Assembly: GCA_033763315.1 (NCBI GenBank)
Contig: JANRKS010000010.1
Coordinates: forward strand, 1-19,985
From: Deltaproteobacteria bacterium
GTDB lineage: Bacteria; Myxococcota_A; Polyangia; Fen-1088
Length of the DNA: 19,985 nucleotides
Direction of reading: 5' to 3'
Shown one piece after another: positions 9,817-19,500 of this stretch. Position 1 is the stretch's first letter, and each line of letters begins with the position of its first letter. The notes under the pieces are model-generated. The model was given only the letters and a program-made list of their open reading frames with translations, was not told the origin of the DNA and made no database searches. A program made the translations under genes and the position numbers.

Positions 9817-10449
9817 ATGAAAATTAGCCTGGCCCGAGTCCGGCCACCGACTGCACATACGTTAGCGTTCCTTTCGCTGTGTCTTCTTTACAGCCACCAC
9901 GTGAAAGGGGCATTGCGAGAGTTGCCGACATCGAACGAAAAGGCGAAAGGGTCTCAACCTTTGCCGGGCGACCTGGGCCCATCGCCGAAAGCGCCCGAAA
10001 CCAAAACCAAGGATCGCCCCAAGAACGCATTGCATCCTTCGGCTCCTCGCACTGCCCGCACCGCAGAGTTGCCACCCGCTCCCGACGAGGCATGCGCCCT
10101 TGAATCGAAGAGTCTATGCGAAGGCGCCACGGGCCGGGCACTACACAGTTGCCTCGCGCGGCACTCCGACGTGATGTCTCGGCTCTGCAAAAGTGCATTT
10201 CGCCCCTACGTCGTAGCGCTTGTGCGGTCAGCTTGTCAGTCGGAACTACCACTCGTATGTGGCGGAGCGGCGAGCATGGACGCGATTTCCTGTCTCAAAG
10301 AATCAACGGCGATGTTGTCGATGCCTTGCAGAGCCGCGCTGGAACTGTGGCCAGCCCATTTGGGCAACGATTCCCCTTCGGCCCCTGAGATGAGGCAGAG
10401 CCCCCAACATGGCACTGCATCCGGGACGCCTAAGGGAGGCGCCCAATGA
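9817..10449 (+). CDS. Probable secreted protein with two cysteine-rich repeats (GLG1/Cys_rich_FGFR-like), 210 aa
   Basis: GAGG SD at 9807-9810 before ATG 9817. Basic-then-hydrophobic N-terminus (MKISLARVR..LAFLSLCLLY), Pro/Lys-rich linker, then two C-x7-C-x10-CL-x10-C repeats. Its TGA overlaps the next ATG. Confidence 0.7.
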   Translation: MKISLARVRPPTAHTLAFLSLCLLYSHHVKGALRELPTSNEKAKGSQPLPGDLGPSPKAPETKTKDRPKNALHPSAPRTARTAELPPAPDEACALESKSLCEGATGRALHSCLARHSDVMSRLCKSAFRPYVVALVRSACQSELPLVCGGAASMDAISCLKESTAMLSMPCRAALELWPAHLGNDSPSAPEMRQSPQHGTASGTPKGGAQ

Positions 10450-10517
10450 CCGCTCTGTCACGAAGTCCACTTCCGCAGTTTCTGCTTTGCGCATTCGTAT
10501 TGCTCGCCGCGAATTGT
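10446..10517 (+). other. Probable Sec/lipoprotein signal peptide of the giant protein (Cys24)
   Basis: MTALSRSPLPQFLLCAFVLLAAN-C: a hydrophobic core ending in a Cys (10515-10517). The lipobox is non-canonical (Asn at -1). Confidence 0.55.
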
Positions 10518-13500
10518 GGTCGCAGAACGGATGTGGCGCATTCTCCTTCGGGAGCCGTCACTCAAGCTGTGACTGTGGCACAGGCATTTCCGGCGATACC
10601 TGGCAACGGCGGCGAGTTCGCCAAAGCCGTTGCGATCTCGGGAAACTTGGCATTGGTTGGCGCCCCTGGCGATACAAACCCAAGCGGAGAGTACACGGGT
10701 GCCGCCTACGTGCTCGAGCGGCAGCCGGATCAAACTTGGCTTGTAAAGCAGAAGCTACACCCTCCTGCTTCCTCCGTTGATGGCATTTCAGGTCAACGAT
10801 TCGGTGAATCCGTAGCTATTGATGGCGACACTCTCTTCGTTGGCGCCCCTCTGCGACCCGAAGACGGTCAGCCGAGAGGGTTAGTGCACGTTTTTGAGCG
10901 TGAGACGCAAGAAGGATCCTATTGGGTGGAGGATACGACTCTAGGGCAAACCAGGATCTTGACGCCGCACGAGTGGTCGGTCACTGGTTCGCAGGTGGCG
11001 CCAGGTGTGCAGTGGCGACAAATGGGCCCCATGGCCGTGAAAAACGGCGAGTCCTGGACAGTGACTATGAATGGTACAGGCGACGCGGACCTTTTCACCC
11101 GTCGAGGTGCGTTGCCGATGGCGTCGGCGGGGGCCTACGACTGCCGACCGTTCAATGGCAGCTCCAACGAAGCTTGCTCGCTCCTTGGTGTGGGCGAGCA
11201 TTACATCGGTGTTCGAGGCGACAGCGCATACTCCAAGGTCACAATTCAAGCCACCCTCCCCACCCGCAGCGTTGCGCTCAAGGAAGATGCGGTCTTCGGC
11301 CCCTTCACCGTAAAGAATGGCCAGCGACTGCGTGCACAAATCACGGGCACTAACGATCCCGATCTCTATATCCATGCGGCACCGACCCGTACCGATCCCT
11401 CAGCACCAACAAGCTTGAACGCGCTGTTGGTCGTGGGCGCAAACACCTTGAACGCAGCAGATCAAGTGATCCGTGATCGCCTTGTGTCGCTGGGTTACCA
11501 GGTCCAGGTCGTGGATGACGACGCTTGCACCACATCGGATGCCGATGGCAAGCGCATCGTTGTGGTGTCCGAATCGTCTCAATCAGCCAAGATCCTCAAC
11601 AAGTACGAAAGCGTAGCCGTGCCTGTTGTGGCAATGGAAGTGGCTATCTGGGACGACATGGGTATGACGGCAGGCGGTTGGCAGCAAGATTACGGCGATG
11701 CGCCCGGCACCAACACACTGTCGATAACATCAAGTTCGCATCCCTTGGCAGCTCAGCTTTCAGGGAACGTCGTGATTTCAAGCGGAGCGTCCAAAATCAT
11801 GTGGGGCCGCCCCAGCGCCTCAGCCCAAATTGCCGCCACTTTGCCAGGCGACGTCACCAAGGCCACCATCTTCGCCTATACCACCGGCGCCGCGATGGTA
11901 AACGGTGTAGCGCCTGCGCGCCGGGTGGGGTTGTTCGTGGGTGATCCAACCGCGGCCTCGTTCACCACCGCAGGAGGCAGGCTGTTTGATGCGGCCGTTA
12001 TCTGGGCAACACGCAAAACGGACGCGCTCCTTGTTGCAGCCACCATTCCACTGTCACACGCAGACGACGTGATACGCAGTCGAATGACAGAGCATGGCTT
12101 TTCGACGCATTTGATCACAGGCCAAGAGGTGCAGCTTAGCCACACCGTGGGCAAGAAACTGGTGGTGATATCTGAGTCCACAAGCTCAGGCACCGTCGAC
12201 AACAAGCTTACTCAATCTACAACGCCGATCGTTTCACTTGAGCCCGCGCTGTTCGATGAGCTGGGCATGACTGCAAACACGTGGCTCGCAGATTTTGGTG
12301 ATGTGAGCGGGCAGAGCACGATGGTTGTTACGAACGGCAACCATCCGCTTGCTGGTGGATTCACCGGTGCGGTCACTATGACCTCAGCGCCAAGCAAGTT
12401 TATTTGGGGCGTCCCCAACGCCAACGCCGTTTCCATTGCGCACGCCAGCGGTCAGAATCCCGCTTCTTCGGTTCCAGCATCTTCAGCTCTTACGATATTC
12501 GGCTACGACAAAGGGTCGTTGATGTTTGGCCTTTCCGCACCCGCGCGCCGCGTAGGCTGGGGTGCCGGCGATGGCACGGCTTCCGTCTTGACCGCCGACG
12601 GATGGAAGCTTTTCGCTGCCGCTCTCGCGTGGGCTGCAAGTCAACCCGCTGACTGCGAAGGCAACCCCTACGCAGCGGGCTGCAGCTCCCCGCCACCCGC
12701 ACCCGAAGAACCCGACCTCGGTGTGGCCGCTGATTGCGTTTCAGCTTCATCGAGCGCGACTGAAATGTGCACCACCTCGAAACCAGGAAGCTACTACGTC
12801 ACCGTGCACGGCTACAGTGCGGCGACGTACGATCTGCAGGTATTCTTTGAACCTGGCCACGATAACATCACGGCGGGAGGAAGCTACGCGATTCTCGGCT
12901 CCGATGTTTCCGCAAAATCAGGGGTCGTGGCAATTGCTGCCCCAAACGTCTTCGACAACGGCGCTGGCTACGTCCACGTCCTTCGTAAGTCTCACGGAAA
13001 CTGGAAACTAGAGCTGTCACAGAGAGACCCAAGCGCACAAACCACGGGCAGCTTCGGCTCGTCCGTTGCCGTGACAGGTAACCGTTTGGTTGTTGGGGCC
13101 GTCGGCGGCAGAGGCCGGGTGCTTGTGTTCGACTACGATGGAAAGCGGTGGAGCCAAAACGCGAAAACCTGGGAAAGCGCTGACGTCTACGGCACCGACG
13201 GCATGGGCCAAGTCGTGGCCGCGGACGGAAATCGAATCGCGTTTGGTCTCCCCGGAGCGGCAGGCGGCAGAGGCCAGGTCAAGGTTGTGGATTGGACCGG
13301 TGATGGATGGCAGGAGCTCGATCTGTTGAACCCGCAGGGCACTGCCAGTGTTGCGTTCGGCAGCTCCCTGTCGCTCTACCAAGGTCAAATAGCGGTGGGT
13401 GCGCCCGTAGGAACGAACCCAGGCACAGCATACCTATTCGCAAATGTTGGCTCTACGGAGCCTGCAGTCTACAGCCCTACAAACGCAGCAGATTGGGCCG

Positions 13501-16500
13501 ACGTGGGTTCGGCCGTTGCGCTTGGGCCGCTGGCGATGTTGGTGGGCGCGCCCAATGATGGCGTGGAAAACAAAGGCGTGCTCTACGCTATCAAACCATA
13601 TCAAGATGTCTGCGCAGCGTTGGCGAATGGCAGTGCCTGCGAGGATGGCAATGCCTGCACCACGGGTGACACTTGCCAGGCAGGCGCTTGCGTTCCGGGC
13701 AGCGGCCGATTGACCTGCGACGACGGCAACGTGTGCACCGCTGATTCTTGCACTGCCGAACTCGGGTGTGTTTACGACACCAAGCGACCAGAGCAAGAAC
13801 AAACAAGCTGCAACATCACGGGCTGCGGCGCAGGCGTTTGCGCCGCAGGCGCGTGCGCGGCGAATGGATCCGACGCAAATCCCATGTGCAAGCTGCAGCC
13901 GCGCGTCACTTGCGTTGTCGGCCTACCTGACGGCGGCCACCGAGCAATCTTCGGCTACACCAATGCAACAAAGCCAGGTCTCAATCTAAGCATTCCTGTC
14001 GGCAGCAATGATACCGTAGCCTTCAAACGCAACGTTGTGTCCGGAGGACATGCCGCAGAGCAGCCGACGTGGATACAGTCTGGTACGGAGCCGATCGCCT
14101 TCTCGGTCGACATTCCCCCGGGCGGCCAGGCGGTCACATGGGCGCTTGGAAATAAAGTCGCCACAGCCGAGCCCGCCGTGGATGGAAAATGCAACCAGGT
14201 CGACGGCCCCGAAGGCAAGTCAATCGCGTTGAACGGACGAAGCTTACTCATCAAGCCCGATGCGACTAGGATCGCGGCCAACGCCCACCTGGCCACCGGA
14301 GGCCCGATCGGCCCCCTTGCCGGGAGTGGCGACGTTTCCAGCGACGGCAGTTACCAGTACGAGATCCCCATTTGGGTACCGCCCGGAACCAACGGTATGC
14401 AGCCCTCATTGGCCCTCTCCTACAGCAGCCGGGGAGGTAACGGATTGTTGGGCGTGGGATGGTCGCTTAAGGGCTTTTCGCAAATCACCCGGTGCCCCAA
14501 AACGCTTCGCACCGCCGGCGAGGTTCGTCCAGTTAAGTACTTGGGTGACGACGACCAGTTCTGCATGGACGGAAACCCGCTGGTTAGGTTGGCCGACGGC
14601 ACCTATCGAACACAGATCGAAACGTTCTCCAAGATCGAACAAACCGGAACCGGCACGTCGATGAGCTGGCGGGTATCGACCAAGGACGGGAGGATCCTAA
14701 CGTTCGGCCATGACAACGTTCGCAGGCGGTTTCTTACACCCACCAACCGGGTTGGTGCGTTGTCGTCCGAATTCGTGCCTGCTTGGTGGCTCACATCCAC
14801 CCGCGATCGATTTGGTAACGAAATAGCCTACGACTACTCGAACGGGAATGGCCCCAACGCTGACGAAGCAGCGTGGACGCTTGAACGCTACCCAACACGC
14901 ATCCGCTACACGGGTCCCCAGTTTAGCCGTGAAGTGGTCTTCAAACACGAGGATCGTGCAAGTCACGACGTGCTTGAAACTTACGTCTCCGGCGTGAGGT
15001 ACGTGACCACGAAACTTCTAACCGCCGTTGAGCTACGGGTTAAGAACGAGAATGGCTTATGGTCGTCGGTGAAGGAATACCGCTTGCACTACGCGCCGAA
15101 TGCGGGCAATGGGCAGGCGGATTGGTCGCAGACGAGCGGACGCAAGAGCATTACGGGCCGCGCACTGATTGAAAGCGTCAAAGAATGTGAAAGTTCAGCG
15201 GCCGAGGCCAAATGCGGGCCAGCCACGACCTTTGATTGGGAAAGTGGCTCCTGGAACTTTGAACGCAAAGAACTGGGCGGCACACTGCCCGCAGACCAAG
15301 CGTTGCTAGGGCTCTCTGACGTCGACGAAGACGGCAAGCCAGATCTGATCATTGGCGAGCACACGGACCGGGACTTGTGCCCCACAATCGGTCTCAATGT
15401 CTACGCGCCTATCACCAGCATAGGCAATGACGGAATCAGGTACGGTTGCCAGCAGCGGCGGCCCGACGGGACCTTTCCCGACTATCAAACTTGCCAAGAG
15501 AAAGACTCTGGCGACTCGGCGGTGCTCAGCGGTACGCAGCTCTGCGACGTTTATAACCAGTGCGACTACGACGAGTATCGATACGCGCAGGGTAGTACGT
15601 GCGCCAGTAATCCTTGGCAGACTCTGGTCGTGGCTACCCAAGCCCAGTGGGCCAAGTACAGTTATCGGAGGAACAAGTCTATCCTGCAGGCGGGAAACCT
15701 GTCGGTGTCATTAGAAAGCGCCACGCCACTTGTGGACAAATATTTCAGAACGGGCGCCGTCGACGAAGGTTATCTTCCGTCCCCCGTCGTCACGAATCTT
15801 GATGCACAAGGCACAGCCGACGTGTTGGTGGTCGAACAAGAGCCACGTCCTGAGGCGGCCTATCTTGGTAAGTTTGACGACGACTTCATCAACGAGTATC
15901 GCATAAATCTCGAAGCTTGGCCGGTAGGATCATCGAACGATTCCGCCATGAAACTTCTCGGGTTTGTTGACAAGCCAAGTGACATTGAGGCGTTTCCCCC
16001 GGCGTCGGTGGCGGTTGGAGACTACAACGGCGATGGCATCCCGGACGTCTTGTTTCCGAGCGGCTACAGAAGTGCCTTCCTGAACCAGGACTGGCATTGG
16101 TCGATTGCCCTCGGTGGGAGTCAAACGAGCCAGCGAGTGAAACCCATCTTGGGTGATGAGAAGGAGCAAGAAGAAGCGACGTTGCTTGACGTCAACGGTG
16201 ACGGAACCGTTGAACTTGTCACGTGGATGGAGGACGGAAAGCCAACGTCACCGGCCTTCGGTCTAACCTTGAATTTGAACAAGAGCCCCACCTTCGTTGA
16301 CTTCAACGGCGATGGCCTGGTGGATGCACTTGATCGCGGCAAGGTTGGCAGCCAAGACGGCCGCACCATCTTCATAAACACCGGGCTAAGAGCCATCGCG
16401 AAGCACCACTTTGGGACGGCGCACCCCACCGCGTACCTCGCGCCAGAACCGTCCATCATGGACGAGGGCGTGCGCACGGGCGACTTCGACATGGACGGAC

Positions 16501-19500
16501 GCAGCGACGTCATCATGTTCGGTGGCGGATGGGACAAGGGCAATTCCTGGACGCCAACTGTCCTACTGAACAAGGGCAGCGAAACAAGGACGATCGATCT
16601 TGCCAACCTACCTTCGGGGGCCGGACGCGTGCGTCGAGCACGGCGTATGTTGGGCAAGTCCAACGATAAATTCTCGTCAGCCGGCTGGCGACAAGCACAC
16701 GTTGCCGATTTCGATGGCGATGGCCTTATGGACATCGTGCAAGTTGACGAAGACGGTACGTTGGCCCTTTACCGCAGAACGGGCACCAAGCCGGACTTGC
16801 TGAAGTCCGTCCACCGCGGCGAATCACCCATTGTTGCAGCGGAAGTAACCTACAAGGCCATCACAGATACGTCCGGCTCGTATATAAAGGCCACCTGTGA
16901 GGGCAATCTCTCCGCGCCCTGCAATACAAAGCAACAGCAGCTCGCCAACACAGGTCTGTGGTTGGTTAGCCGGTTGACAACTGATTCAGGCGAAGACGAA
17001 GGCCGCAGCAGCAATGGCAAACGCCGACACGTTTACGCCTATGCAGACGCGCGCACGGACCGCGCTAGCGGCACGTGGTTGGGTTTCAGAATCTTCCGAG
17101 ACATAGATCAGGCCACCGGAGAAAGTCGCGAGGTGGAGTTCCTGAACGGCTCCGCGAACACGAATGCTCAAATTCCCTTCGCTGACTCACGCTTCGGCTT
17201 CACTTTGGCAGGCAAAGTAAAGCGAGAAGAGATTCGCGTTCCGGGGGCTAGTGGCACGAATGTGACCCGCAAAACGTTTGATTATGAGTTTAAGACCTTC
17301 AACGAAGGTCAAACAGGGTTGGTCAGAACAAAGACCGCGCGCACAGAGGTGGAAGATCCGCGGCAAGTCTCCTGCCCTGGCGTCAGCAACGTGTCCGAGT
17401 CCGTTGTTACGTACATTCAAAACGGCCCCGGCGCATTGACCGGTGAGGTGCTGACAGAAACAACCACCAAAGCGCCGGGCGCCGGTTGCCAGCCGTCAAA
17501 CATTCGAAGGCATGCCACCGAAGTTGTGTCGAACACCTTCACCTATCACAACGAGGATCAAACAAGCTGGATTGTCGCTCGCGTCAAGGATGCTGAAAAG
17601 ACGGTGACTGTGCAGGCCTCAACAACCAACGGCACGGAGACGACCTCGATAACCAACAAGTCGCGCATCGAGATCGACCCGGTTACGGGCATGGTGAAGA
17701 AGAGCATCACGGAACCAGACCGCGTCAACGAACGTTCCGAGCTTGAATACGAGTATGCAGCCGGCACAGGTCTGCCCGTGAAAGTGACGACGCGAGCTCC
17801 CGGCGTTGCGGATCGCTTCGTCGTGACTTCTTACGATTCGTACGGATTTGTGCGGCACACTGAGAATCAGTTGGGGCACAAAGCGGAATCAATCGCTGAT
17901 CCGGCAACGGGCCAGGCCGTGTGGTCCCGTGACATGAACGGCGCCATCACTCGGCGTTACGTGGACGGGTTTTTCCGGGAGGTCCGTACCGAAGCGCCTT
18001 CATCTGTTCTTGGTGCTTATCTTGTGACAGCCAATGATTACCAAGCTGGCCCCAGCAATCAGAGGCCTCGCCAGGTGGTGACCAGCTCGTACGTGAGACG
18101 ACCGGATGGCACCGAGACCTTGCTGAATTGGTCGATGTCGGTTCTAGATCGTTTCGGTCGGGCTGTTCTAGCGAAGGTCCGAAACTCCAAGGGGCAGGTC
18201 TTGGAGTCCGAGAAGATTTTCGACTGGCGCGGGTGGTTGAGATTCGAAAGCGTGCCCTCAGTTGACCTTGGCTCCCTTGGCTACGCTGCGCATGATTACG
18301 ACGAACTGGGGCGCACGATATCCGTAACGGCCCCCGACGGCGCCACCACCACCACCCAGCGCAGTGAACTGCGTGTTCGCGTAACGGATCCCGATGGTCG
18401 AGTGCAAGAATCCATAACCGACAGCCTGGAGCGCGTGTGGAAGACCCACGCCATCGACAATGCGGGCAGCAGCGTGGGCAGCATGACGTATACCCACGAT
18501 GCGGCTGGCCGGCTCATCACGTCCACCGATTCGCTGGGCAACCGAACCGTTATGACCTACGACGTTTTGGGAAGGCGGCTCACGTTGCTCGATCCCGACG
18601 CGGGCCTGGTCTCCACCGAATACAATGGCTTAGGCGAAGTGACTTCGGAAACCACCGCCGCGGGCGCCACCACAACTTTCGTTCGCGACGTTTTGGGGCG
18701 AACGTTGGAAGAGGTTGTTGTGGAAACGGCGAATGCTGAAAGCGGGCGCCCTGCCCGCACCCGCAAAACGACGTTCACCTTCGATGCGGCACCGAACGGC
18801 ATTGGTAAGCCTGAATCGTCTGTTTCGTATGACGGCGTGGTGAAGGCCTATGGCTACGATGAATTGGGCAGACCCGTCGCGGAATCAACGGTCAAGGCCA
18901 ACGAAGAGTTCAGCGTGCACCGCACGTTCGATGAGGCTGGCCGCTTGGACGTTGTGACATATCCCGAGGTTCGCGGGCCGGCGCAGGAAGACGGCTTGCC
19001 TATTCAAACCCGAGTTCGATACGCATACAATGCCTTCAACAGTTCGTTGGCACGTGTCTCTGATCCGGACACAGATGCTGAATACTGGCGGGTACTTGAC
19101 CGCGATCAGCAAGGCCATGTCACGCAGGAACGATTCGGCAACGGCGTTGTCTCCACGCGCAAATGGAACCTACAGCGGCAGTGGATGACGGGGCTCAAGA
19201 CGACAGTGGACCGCGCGGTGGGCAATCAGATCCTGCAAGAGGCTGCGTATGCGTATTCGGATGGCGGCCAATTGCGCAGCAGATTTGATGCGCAAGCCGC
19301 AGGCGGTGCGCTGAGGGAAAGCTTTCACTACGACGCGCTCAACCGCCTCACACTTTGGTGTGTTAACGATCCTGAACTCAATTCAAACGACTGCACCCAA
19401 TCGCGCTTCGGCGTTCGCTACGACTTCACCGACAACGGCAACTTGACCGAGCGCAGAACATTCGCCAATGGCGCCGTCAACACGCCGCTTGAGTCGATCT

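Larger units (their letters stand above)
10614..13600 (+). repeat. Seven FG-GAP (integrin-alpha-like) propeller blades: two before and five after a ~650-aa insertion
   Basis: EFAKAVAISGNLALVGAP (10614), RFGESVAIDGDTLFVGAP (10797), ILGSDVSAKSGVVAIAAP (12891), SFGSSVAVTGNRLVVGA (13050), GMGQVVAADGNRIAFGLP (13200), AFGSSLSLYQGQIAVGAP (13353), DVGSAVALGPLAMLVGAP (13500). Each is followed by a G-x-V/A-Y/H-V-F-like strand. Confidence 0.85.

Noticed and set aside
18344-18357. (ACC)n microsatellite
   Set aside because: Simply encodes a Thr run in a YD-repeat beta-strand.
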